Translations under genes and position numbers: made by a program
NCBI GenBank assembly: GCA_044376115.1
Contig: JBILLK010000003.1
Coordinates: 320,001-384,000 of the forward strand
Source of the DNA: Polyangiaceae bacterium
GTDB lineage: Bacteria; Myxococcota_A; Polyangia; Polyangiales; Polyangiaceae
Length of the DNA: 64,000 bases
Direction: 5' to 3'
The notes under the pieces: generated by a model
What the model was told of the DNA's origin: nothing
Database searches by the model: none
The model's input: the letters and a program-made list of their open reading frames with translations, nothing else
Part shown: one piece after another, positions 20,845-29,435 of the stretch
Position numbering within the stretch: the first letter of the stretch is position 1
Layout: each line of letters starts with the position of its first letter

Positions 20845-23256
20845 TTACTTCCCCACCAGGTCGAATTGTTCGAGGTGATATTCCTTGCGCGGTACGAGCT
20901 CGATGCGGCGCTGGTAGCGACGTTCTGCCTCTTGCACGGCGGAGCGCTCTTCCGTGCGGAGCAGCTCGACCACGGCTGGGTGGGCGTTCACCACCACGCT
21001 GTAGCCGCGAAGGCTTAGACGGTCCCGCTTGATTTGGCGCAGGATCTCGTAGGCGATCGTCTCGCGGGATTGCAGGTTGCCAGTGCCGTCGCAGTAGAAG
21101 CACGGCTCGTTCATCAAGCGGCCCAAGCTCTCGCGGGTGCGCTTGCGGGTCATCTCGATCAGGCCCAGGTCCGAGATGCGGTTGAGCGTGGTCTTGGCTT
21201 TGTCTTTGGCCAGCAGCTGCTCGAGGCGGCGGCGCACCTTCTCGCGATTGCTCGGCCGATCCATGTCGATCAAGTCGAGGATGATCAGCCCGCCGATGTT
21301 GCGGAAGCGGAGCTGGTAGGCGATCTCCTCGACGGCCTCCAGGTTGGTGGCGAGGATGGTCTCCTCGAGATCGCGCGAGCCTTTGCCGACGAAGCGGCCG
21401 GTGTTCACGTCGATGGCGGTGAGGGCCTCGGCTTGGTCGATGATCAGATGGCCGCCCGAGTTGAGCGGGACTTTGCGGCTGAGCGCGCGACCGATCTCGT
21501 CTTCGATACCGTACTCGTCGAAGATCGGCTCGGTGCCTTCATACAGTTCGATCGCTGCGACGCGGTCGGGCATGAACATCTCGACGAAGCGGCTCAGCCG
21601 CGCGTGTTCTTCCTTCGAGTCGATCACGATCTTCTCGATGTCGTCGGTGAACAGGTCTCGCGCCGTCTTCAGGATCAGATCCAGTTCGGTGTACAGGCAC
21701 TCGGGCGCGCGCGGGGTGGTCTCACGCTTGCGAGCGATCTCGCCCCAGAGCCGCACCAAGTAGCCGACGTCGGCTTTGAGCGACTTCTTGGTCAGACCCT
21801 CGGCCAGAGTGCGCACGATCAAGCCTCCTTGCGGCGGCTTCATCGCCTCGATCGCCTCACGCAGGCGACCGCGCTCTTTGTCCGAGCCGATGCGCTTGGA
21901 GATGCCGACGTGTTCGACCGTGGGCAGGTACACGACGTAGCGGCCAGGCAGTGAAACGTGGCTGGTGACGCGTGCGCCCTTGGTGCCGATCGGCTCCTTG
22001 GAGACCTGCACGATCACCTCTTGGCCCTCGCGTACGACCTCACGGATCGGCGTGGACTTCGACACGCGCAGCGGATCTTTGCGGGTGGCAGCGGCTTGCC
22101 CGCGCGGCCCGCGATCACGCTGGCTGCGATCTCCACCGCCGGCGGGGCGTTGGCCGCGGTCATTGCCGCCGCGGCCGTTTTGGCGTGCTGCCTTGGGCGC
22201 GCGCTCCGGCGGCGGAGCCGCAGCCATCGGCGCGGCTACGCGGGCGGCAGCGTCGGAGGTGCGACCGCGCCGACGACGACCGCGACCGCCGCGACGGGTG
22301 CGGGCCTTGTTGGCTTGCAGGCCGGCCTCGCCCTCGGGCGCTGCGCCGGCTGCCGCAGGGGCCGCTTCACCTTCGATGGTGTAACCGGGCGCCGGCTCGT
22401 ACAGATCCTCGTTGCGACGGGCTTGCCCCGGCTCGGCGGTGCCGGGCGCATCGGCGTTGGCGGTCTCGGCGCTGTCGGCCTCATCGGCCTCATCAGCGTC
22501 TTCCGATTCGGCCTCGTCGGCTTCGTCGGTCTCCTCGTCGTCAGCCTCCGGGTCCGTTTCGGCGGCTGAACCAGCGTCTGCGCTGGCAGCGAGCTCCGCC
22601 GCATCCTCGTCCTCTGCGCTGGTCTGCGCAGAATCTTCATCTTCATCTTCCGCTTGATCGTCGGCCGCGTCGTCTTCTTCCGCGTGCGCAGCGTCTGAGT
22701 CAGCGTCGCCGGCTCGTTCAGCCTCGAGCGCGGCCTCGGCAGCCTCGATCTCGTCGGCCTCGGCCTCCTCCGCTTCTTCATCCACCTCCGCTTCAGCGGC
22801 GGCTGCTGCTGCGAGCGCGGCGGAGGAAAGCGAGGGCACGAGCTCGGCGTCCTCATCGACCTCATCGATCGCCGGGAGCGCGTCTTCAGCGGCAGCGGCG
22901 GCGGGCAGAGCAGGGGCCTCCGTCTCGTGATCACCGGCGTCGGCGTCCTCCAGCGTGGGCGGCTCTTCACTCGTCTCGCTGGAGGCGTGGCTGTGTTTGC
23001 CGGCAAGGTAGGCCTCGAAATCGTCCGGCCGAATCAGATCCTCGACGTGGAGGAAGGCAGCGCGTTCCTGCCCGATATCGATGAAGGCGGCTTGCATACC
23101 GGGGAGAACCCGGCTGACTTTGCCTACGTAGATGTTTCCGAGTGTGCCTTTGGAACCGTGCCGCTCGATGTGAAGCTCGGCGACGATTCCGTTTTCAATC
23201 AGGGCTACGCGGATCTCTCGAATGTCGACGTTGATGACGAGAAGGTTTTTGGCCAT
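20845..23256 (-). CDS. Ribonuclease E/G family protein with very large insert in the S1 domain
   Basis: GNIYVGKVSRVLPGMQAAFIDIG, VQVSKEPIGTKGA, TAIDVNTG, GGLIILDLIDM, CFYCDGTG Zn-link. Confidence 0.92.
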   Translation of the reverse strand: MAKNLLVINVDIREIRVALIENGIVAELHIERHGSKGTLGNIYVGKVSRVLPGMQAAFIDIGQERAAFLHVEDLIRPDDFEAYLAGKHSHASSETSEEPPTLEDADAGDHETEAPALPAAAAAEDALPAIDEVDEDAELVPSLSSAALAAAAAAEAEVDEEAEEAEADEIEAAEAALEAERAGDADSDAAHAEEDDAADDQAEDEDEDSAQTSAEDEDAAELAASADAGSAAETDPEADDEETDEADEAESEDADEADEADSAETANADAPGTAEPGQARRNEDLYEPAPGYTIEGEAAPAAAGAAPEGEAGLQANKARTRRGGRGRRRRGRTSDAAARVAAPMAAAPPPERAPKAARQNGRGGNDRGQRPAGGGDRSQRDRGPRGQAAATRKDPLRVSKSTPIREVVREGQEVIVQVSKEPIGTKGARVTSHVSLPGRYVVYLPTVEHVGISKRIGSDKERGRLREAIEAMKPPQGGLIVRTLAEGLTKKSLKADVGYLVRLWGEIARKRETTPRAPECLYTELDLILKTARDLFTDDIEKIVIDSKEEHARLSRFVEMFMPDRVAAIELYEGTEPIFDEYGIEDEIGRALSRKVPLNSGGHLIIDQAEALTAIDVNTGRFVGKGSRDLEETILATNLEAVEEIAYQLRFRNIGGLIILDLIDMDRPSNREKVRRRLEQLLAKDKAKTTLNRISDLGLIEMTRKRTRESLGRLMNEPCFYCDGTGNLQSRETIAYEILRQIKRDRLSLRGYSVVVNAHPAVVELLRTEERSAVQEAERRYQRRIELVPRKEYHLEQFDLVGK

Positions 23257-23633
23257 GGTCCGCCCGAACCTTTGCGTTCGGGTTGTGCAAGAAGGTTGGT
23301 TGGGGTTGCCCTCGTCATGGCTGAGCTGCTGACGTCGCGTCCGAGGCGGACGGTGCGAGCAGACCCAACCCGACGCAGCAAAGCCTTGCGGCCTGCTTGG
23401 AGGGCGGTGAGGTCCCGAACAGGGACCTCGGGGTGAAGCCACCGTTGGTGGAACATCATGAGGTCAGAATGCGGCCACCGAGGTGGACGCGTGGAGGTGA
23501 CAAAGTTTTCGCGCGGGCGTTGCTGGCTCAGGGAGCCAACTCCCCGAAACCCATGAACTGGGTCAGCGCCTCCTCGAAAGATCTTCGAGGCGCACCCTCT
23601 CAAATGGAGGGCAGGGGCCTTCGCTTGGTCGCA

Positions 23634-23662
23634 ACCTTACGCCGAGGAAGCCGCGGAAGCAA
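23634..23662 (-). promoter_or_regulatory. Putative sigma70 promoter of the rne/rng-rib operon
   Basis: Minus strand TTGCTT-N17-TAAGGT about 375 bp upstream of the start codon. Confidence 0.45.
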
Positions 23663-23744
23663 GGCGCTTCACAGAGCTGTCAAGAAGGCGGCTGGAGGTG
23701 GGCCCTCGATGGGAGGAACGATGGGCGCTCGACGGTCGCGGAGA

Positions 23745-23845
23745 GGATGGGCGCTCGACATGGACGTTTTGTTGAGTTGGTGGCGCGATCCCAAGGCGAT
23801 CGAGGTGTGAGTTCAACAAAACGTCCAATTCGACGGTCGATCCCC
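23745..23845. repeat. REPIN-like hairpin element, dispersed copy 1
   Basis: TGGACGTTTTGTTGA (23761-23775) / TCAACAAAACGTCCA (23813-23827) perfect 15-bp inverted repeat, 67-bp core, homologous to the copies flanking the transposase. Confidence 0.85.
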
Positions 23846-23907
23846 GCTTGGCGCGCCCTCCGATGGCCTCGATGGCCGCGCGGCACCTCGCGTGCTGGCT
23901 ACCGCGG

Positions 23908-24474
23908 TCAGAGGGCGCAGGATTCGGTGCAGACGCCTTGGGCGGCGAGGCCGTAGAGGCAATCCTCGAGGAGGAAGGCTGCATCGAGGCCAGCGTTGAA
24001 GTCGGCGAGGCAGCTGCCTGGGGTTTGCACCTCGCTGCAGATGCGTTCGCCGCTCTCGGGATCGGCCTCATTGGTGCAGTAGCAGTCGAGCTCGGGGCCG
24101 TCGTCGATGGTACCGCTGGCGTCGCTGTCGCACGCGGCCGCGCAATCGTAGAAGCCGCAACACTCGGTGATGCCGTCGGTGCAGTCGCCTGCGGCGCCGA
24201 AGCAGCTGCTGTACTCATCGCCGCATGCACCGGCGTCGCTGGCGACCTCCGCCGTGCCGAAGACCGCACACTCGAGGCAGCTGCGTGCAGGATCGAGATC
24301 GGTGGAGGCGGCGTCAGGCGAACACACGCCGATCACGTCGCAGGTTTGGAACTGCACCGAGGCCGTGCTGCTGACGTTGTCATTGCCGCCGGCACCACCG
24401 GCGTTGCCGCCACTTCCGCTGGAGTCTCCGCAGCCGATCGATAGGAGAAGGAGGCCAAGTACCGTGCGCTGCAT
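23908..24474 (-). CDS. Cys-rich acidic lipoprotein (paralog A1)
   Basis: IGCGDSSG lipobox, Gly-rich linker, many Cys; clearly homologous to 25302-25889. Confidence 0.8.
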   Translation of the reverse strand: MQRTVLGLLLLSIGCGDSSGSGGNAGGAGGNDNVSSTASVQFQTCDVIGVCSPDAASTDLDPARSCLECAVFGTAEVASDAGACGDEYSSCFGAAGDCTDGITECCGFYDCAAACDSDASGTIDDGPELDCYCTNEADPESGERICSEVQTPGSCLADFNAGLDAAFLLEDCLYGLAAQGVCTESCAL

Positions 24475-24660
24475 GACGCCACGATAGTCCGGTTCTGCAG
24501 GTGGCTGGGGTCAATCAGCGCAATGGGCCGCGCTGAAGGAGACGAGGAGGCATGGGCGCGAGCTGGATACGATCCACGAAAACCCTTTGATCCGAGCTGG
24601 AAAGCTTGCCTCGTTTTCGGTCGTTGTTTAGGGTCCGCGCGATTTTGGCTGGAGGCCCCT

Positions 24661-25200
24661 ATGAAGAGTTCAGTTTTGGTTTCGGTATTTGCGCTGGTGG
24701 GAATCGTTGCTTGCGGGGATTCAGGCTCCAGCACCACGACGGCGGGCGGTGGCGGCTCGGGTGGTTCGGGTGGTTCGGGTGCCTCCGGTAGCACCGAGAG
24801 CACCGGCGGTACCACCAACACTGCCGGCAACGGCAGCGGTGCTAACGGCGTAGGCGGCAACGGAGTGGGCCCTACGGGCCCCGGCCCCGGAGCCGGCGGA
24901 GCTAGCTCCTGCGGCACGATTTCCGTCTGCCAAGACACCGATCAGGATCCGAGCAACGACTGTGTTTCCTGCGCTTTCACCAGCGCCTGCAGCGATCAGT
25001 ACATGGCTTGCACCAACAGCACCGACTGCATCGACGTGAACACCTGCCTAAGCAAGTGCGCGGAAGACGACGCGCCTTGTCAGCAGGGGTGCCTGGAAAA
25101 CAACCCGGCCGGCGCCGCACTCTACCAAGAGGTCATCTTGTGCGCCGTGTGCGACACTTGCTACGACGCGTGCGACGGCGCGACGGCCGGTTGCCCCTAA
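24661..25200 (+). CDS. Cys-rich lipoprotein (B1)
   Basis: GGAGG RBS, VACGDSGSS lipobox, long Gly/Ser linker, CxxxC-rich domain. Confidence 0.8.
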   Translation: MKSSVLVSVFALVGIVACGDSGSSTTTAGGGGSGGSGGSGASGSTESTGGTTNTAGNGSGANGVGGNGVGPTGPGPGAGGASSCGTISVCQDTDQDPSNDCVSCAFTSACSDQYMACTNSTDCIDVNTCLSKCAEDDAPCQQGCLENNPAGAALYQEVILCAVCDTCYDACDGATAGCP

Positions 25201-25253
25201 ATCGGAGCGTTTGGCCCCACGCTGGAGGTTCCCAGCGAGTCGAGCTGAACGAC

Positions 25254-25290
25254 AAAAAGAAAAGAGCGGAGAAACCTCCGCTCTTTTCGT
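25254..25290. terminator. Bidirectional intrinsic terminator
   Basis: GAAAAGAGCGGAG-AAAC-CTCCGCTCTTTTC hairpin between convergent genes. Confidence 0.8.
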
Positions 25291-25301
25291 GTTTGGCACG
25301 A

Positions 25302-25889
25302 CTAGTTTTCTGCGCACGAATTGGTGCAGGCACCCTCGGTCGCGAGGCCAAAGACGCAGTCTTCCCAAAGCACGGCAGCGTCCAAGCCAGCGTCGTAGTC
25401 GGCAAGGCAGCTCCCAGCCAGTTGGACCTGGCTGCACACTCGTGTGCCACTCCGCGGATCTGCTTCGTTGGTGCAGAAACAATCGAGTTCGGGCCCTTCC
25501 TCAAGGGAAGCGCTGGCGTCGGTGTCGCAAGCGGACGCGCATTCATAGAACCCGCAGCACTCCGTCACTCCGTCGGTGCAATCACCCATCGAACCAAAGC
25601 ACTCGGTGTACTCGTCGCCGCACGTTCCCCCATCAGCGGCCACTTCAGACGAGCCGAACACCGCACATTCAATGCAGCTTCGCGTTGGGTCAGCCTCGCG
25701 AGTCTCCGTGGCCGGCGCGCATACGCCGATGGCGTCGCAGGTTGGGAACATTGAAGAGCCAGCTCCGCTTCCGCCTGCGTCGCTGCCAGCCGCGCCCGTG
25801 CCAGAACCCGCCGTTCCTCCACTAGCGCCGACGCCACTTGAATCTCCACAGCCGACGATCAGCGCTATGCCAAGAAGGAGCCGTGCCAT
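25302..25889 (-). CDS. Cys-rich acidic lipoprotein (paralog A2)
   Basis: VGCGDSSG lipobox; shares CDxIGVC, GDCTDGxTECCGFY, GPELDCxCTNEADP with A1. Confidence 0.8.
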   Translation of the reverse strand: MARLLLGIALIVGCGDSSGVGASGGTAGSGTGAAGSDAGGSGAGSSMFPTCDAIGVCAPATETREADPTRSCIECAVFGSSEVAADGGTCGDEYTECFGSMGDCTDGVTECCGFYECASACDTDASASLEEGPELDCFCTNEADPRSGTRVCSQVQLAGSCLADYDAGLDAAVLWEDCVFGLATEGACTNSCAEN

Positions 25890-26330
25890 GCAGGTCTACT
25901 ATAGCGGAACAGCACGAGCACCGCGGGTTTCAATGTGCGCTAGCGGGGACCCTGCCTTCGTTTGACGATGTTTGATCCAATCGCGTTACCTTGCGGGTTG
26001 CTGCTCGATGGTTTCCGGCTAGGCTGCTAAGGCACGCTTTCTTTCGAATTCTCAGGTAAATAGGCGCATTCTCGAGGTTGGATTTTGCCCGGTGATGCCA
26101 ATTGACACACGCCAACGTGTGTGCATCCGGTGACATCTGTTCAACGATCTTTCCTCATTTTTGTGGCGCGAACTTCGTGGGCTTTCTGCTAGGGTCCGCG
26201 CCGTTCGAGTAGACCAAGCTCTGCCCCGCTGCTTGTGGGGAGTCCAGAGGGAGGGCTCCGATCGTGAGGGGTCGACGGGCAGCGAGCTCGGTGCTTCTCG
26301 ATAAAACTTGGCTGTTGTTGGAGGTGTTTC

Positions 26331-27071
26331 ATGAATCTCAAGCTTGTCAGTGCGCTCTCGATCGTTGGTCTCCTCATCGCCTGTGGCGACAGCGGCTCCT
26401 CGACCACGGGCGGTGGCGGTAACGGCGGTGACAGCACCAGCACGTCGGGCGGCGGCGGCGAGGGTGGTGTCGGCCCCGGCCCCGGCCCCGGCCCTGGCCC
26501 CGGCCCTGGTTCTGGCGGTAACGGTGGCGGCGCGGAGGAGTGCATTGATGAGGGCGCGGCGTCCTTCCTCCCGGAGACGGCGGAGTTCGTTGCCGTTGCT
26601 GGACAGAATCTGTGCACGCCTGCACAGGTCACCGGGTTCATCGACTCCTGCTTCGACGGGACGCAAGAGACCTGCGACGCTTACCTCAACGACCCTGCGA
26701 ACGACGCTTGTTTCGGTTGCATGTTCGGCACGATGGACGGAACCAACTGGCCGGCAGCATTCATCACCGCGAACAACGCAGCGGTTGTGAACGTGGCACT
26801 GTGTGAGTCGCTGGTTCAGGGGTTGCCGGACTGCGTGCGCACCGTATTCAACCCGACCCTCTGCATCGTGAGTGCCTGCGACATCTGTGAGACCAACGAA
26901 GGCTTCAACGCTTGTCTCACGGAGGCCGAGGGCGGGGTGTGTGCTCCGCTGCAAGACGAGATCACGGCGGAGTGTGAGCCCGTCGCCGCTGGGATGTCGC
27001 CGGAATGCACCGGTGCCGACTTCCTCGGGACCCTCGAGGCCGTTGCCAACTACGTTTGCGGCGCGCCGTGA
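26331..27071 (+). CDS. Cys-rich lipoprotein (B2)
   Basis: GGAGG RBS, IACGDSGSSTT lipobox, (GP)n linker, Cys-rich domain. Confidence 0.8.
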   Translation: MNLKLVSALSIVGLLIACGDSGSSTTGGGGNGGDSTSTSGGGGEGGVGPGPGPGPGPGPGSGGNGGGAEECIDEGAASFLPETAEFVAVAGQNLCTPAQVTGFIDSCFDGTQETCDAYLNDPANDACFGCMFGTMDGTNWPAAFITANNAAVVNVALCESLVQGLPDCVRTVFNPTLCIVSACDICETNEGFNACLTEAEGGVCAPLQDEITAECEPVAAGMSPECTGADFLGTLEAVANYVCGAP

Positions 27072-27111
27072 AATCGGTGCTCGGTCTCTCCTGACCGAAG
27101 CATGAAAAGAG

Positions 27112-27147
27112 AGGCTCCGTGCTCGTGCACGGGGCCTTTTCTGTTTT
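27112..27147 (+). terminator. Intrinsic terminator
   Basis: AGGCTCCGTGC-TCGT-GCACGGGGCCT followed by TTTCTGTTTT. Confidence 0.75.
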
Positions 27148-27200
27148 GAGCCTGCTCGCCTCGCGCAATCCTCGCGTTGGCCAGCGCTTGTGTCTTTGGT

Positions 27201-27465
27201 GATTTGAAGCTCCTACGTTTCGTCAGCTTGATTTCGAGCCGAGTTTGAACCATCGCGCTCAAATGGCGCGGAAGCTTTCAACGGGTAAAAACGTCAATTG
27301 ATCGTTCGCCTTGCGGAAACCCCAGGGTTTAAACCTTTAAAGAGCGTCGCGCGAACGAAAAAACGAGATTGAAACCATCGTGCGTGGATGGGTGAACTCG
27401 AGTCGTCAGGATTTTAACCTCTTCAGGCCAACTCCACGATCGGTTGACGAGGATTTAAACCATCG
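27201..27465. repeat. Phased array of seven near-palindromic 10-bp boxes (consensus GRTTTAAACC) at 41-43 bp period
   Basis: Boxes start at 27201, 27242, 27284, 27326, 27367, 27410, 27452; intervening sequences are unrelated. Confidence 0.65.
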
Positions 27466-27692
27466 ACTTCGCTGCCTCGCCACTTGTGCTCGCACTCCAC
27501 CGACCTCCCCTTGTGTTTGCCAGGCGATCCATGGCCCGACTGTTTGGCGTGACCGTCCAAACTTCGCGTCTGCTAGCTGACGTGACGTCCGTGTGATGAC
27601 GATGCGTCAGAAAGGAGTTCAGTTGACAGAAGTTGGGGGGGCTTAGTTAGCCTCCGGGGCGGGTGATTGACACTCGTCAAGCAGGTAGACCA

Positions 27693-28325
27693 ATGAAACA
27701 GAAGATCGTTTTGGGCGTGGCACTATGTTTGCTGGGTATTGGGGCAGGCTGCAATACCGAGGTCGATACGGTTGATCTCGACTCGGACGACGAGGCCGAC
27801 CTTGGTGAGTTCGCAGGGATGGATCCGGAAACCACCTTCTTCAACCGTACGCAGGTGACCTTCCTGCCCGATGGGACGCAAGAGGTCCTCACGGAGCAAG
27901 TCTCGCTTGCTCAACAGATTGCAGAGCGTGAGGCCGAAGAATCTGGGATCACGCTGGAGGAGCTTTACGCGGTCGAGCATCCGCAGCTCGCTGCACTGAC
28001 GAAGCCGGCAATTTGCGGTTCGTCTTTCTATGCGAGGCTCTACTCCGCAACTGGTTGGACGGGAGACCAGCTGTGTTTGAATGGAACCGGGACAGCAAAC
28101 CTAAGTAGCTGGTCCGTAGGCGCTTGCATCTGGGGCTACTCAACCCTCCCAGTTTGTTTCAAGCCGGTGAAAAGCTTCAAAGCCGGTGACAAGACCATTG
28201 GTTTTACGTCAGCCGGTGGCTGCTCGGACGAGATCGCTTGGCATGAGGCTTCATCGGCTCATTCCATCGTTCAGCAAGCTACTCAGGTTACGCGCACCAC
28301 CGCGCCCGCCGTCTGTCCGTTCTGA
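27693..28325 (+). CDS. Lipoprotein with conserved acidic N-terminal region and variable C-terminal domain (beta/gamma-crystallin or inhibitor I36-like), copy 1
   Basis: AGC lipobox; first ~104 aa almost identical to 28680-29318; C-domain motif RLYSATGWTGDQLC. Confidence 0.75.
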   Translation: MKQKIVLGVALCLLGIGAGCNTEVDTVDLDSDDEADLGEFAGMDPETTFFNRTQVTFLPDGTQEVLTEQVSLAQQIAEREAEESGITLEELYAVEHPQLAALTKPAICGSSFYARLYSATGWTGDQLCLNGTGTANLSSWSVGACIWGYSTLPVCFKPVKSFKAGDKTIGFTSAGGCSDEIAWHEASSAHSIVQQATQVTRTTAPAVCPF

Positions 28326-28679
28326 GTCCTGGTGGGGGCGCTCTTCCGGCGCCCCTGCTTGGGATGTTGTCGGCTTACGCTTCGGCCCCTCTTCCCACTT
28401 GGCGACAACTTGAGCGCGCTCCCAAGGCGGCGCCGCGGCTCATGCGACCTTCAAACCTGCCTTTGCCTCATCTGTGGGATCAGAGGACGGCAGGAACTAA
28501 ATCACCGGACAGTCCAGATTCTTTCTAATTCGATGGGGTCGCTGGCCATAACCCTAGTGAGAGACAGGGAGCAAAGCCCCCGTGCATGGTGTGCGCGGGC
28601 CGGGGCTCCCGCGTCTCTGCGCGCCCGCAAGGGCCGCTCTACAGGCGGGTGATTGACACTCGCCAAGCCAGGTAAACCA

Positions 28680-29318
28680 ATGAAACAGAAGATTGTTTTG
28701 GGCGTGGCACTTTGTTTGCTGGGTACTGCGGCAGGCTGTAATCCCGAGATCGATACGGTTGATCTCGACTCGGACGACGAGGCTGACCTTGGTGAGTTCG
28801 CAGGGATGGACCCGGAAACCACGTTCTTCACTCGCACGCAGGTAACGTTGCTACCCGACGGGACCCCGGAGGTCCTTACGGAGCAGGTCTCGCTGGCGCA
28901 GCAGATCGCCGAGCGTGAAGCCGAAGAGTCTGGGATCACGCTGGAGGAGTTTTACACGGTCGAGCATCCGCATAAGGCTGCGCTGACGAAGACCCCGGCC
29001 TCGTGCATCAGCACAGGGTATCTACGCCTCTGGACCAGCGTTAACTACACCGGAAACCAAATCTGTTTCAGCGGAACGGGGAGCACCAACCTAAACTCCT
29101 ACACAACCTCGACCGGGTGCGTGTTTGGGTATCACCCACTGTTTTGCAACCTACCGATCAAGAGTTTGAAGCCAGGCTCATACGGCGCGAGCCTTACTCC
29201 CGCGTTGAATACTTGTTACAACGCAGACACGACCACCACATCCAATCCCCAAAACAATAGCCAGGCAACAAACTTGGCTACGGCCTACCTTGTGCAGCGG
29301 CCCTGTCCAGTGCCGTGA
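28680..29318 (+). CDS. Lipoprotein with conserved acidic N-terminal region and variable C-terminal domain, copy 2
   Basis: AGC lipobox; C-domain motif RLWTSVNYTGNQIC. Confidence 0.75.
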   Translation: MKQKIVLGVALCLLGTAAGCNPEIDTVDLDSDDEADLGEFAGMDPETTFFTRTQVTLLPDGTPEVLTEQVSLAQQIAEREAEESGITLEEFYTVEHPHKAALTKTPASCISTGYLRLWTSVNYTGNQICFSGTGSTNLNSYTTSTGCVFGYHPLFCNLPIKSLKPGSYGASLTPALNTCYNADTTTTSNPQNNSQATNLATAYLVQRPCPVP

Positions 29319-29355
29319 GCTCAATAGGATTGCATTACAGGCCGATCAATTGACT

Positions 29356-29390
29356 AAGGAGGCCCGGCGCGCGCGCCCGGGCCTTTTCTC
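29356..29390. terminator. Intrinsic terminator between convergent genes
   Basis: AGGCCCGG...CCGGGCCT followed by TTTCT. Confidence 0.6.
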
Positions 29391-29435
29391 GAGTGATGAA
29401 GGGGCTAACCTTAACGATGCGGGGGCCGAAATCCG

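Noticed and set aside
23257..23630. FMN riboswitch or RNase P RNA upstream of the rne-rib genes
   Set aside because: The characteristic conserved motifs were not seen; it is kept only as a structured leader.
27201..27465. CRISPR array (one unit reads GTCGCGC...GATTGAAAC, like a type I-C repeat)
   Set aside because: The 42-bp period is too short, only ~10-18 bp are conserved, the resemblance holds for one unit only, and there are no cas genes in the window.
28332..28652. Immunity gene between the two variable lipoproteins
   Set aside because: The ORF has no RBS, no convincing composition or motif, and overlaps a likely terminator hairpin.
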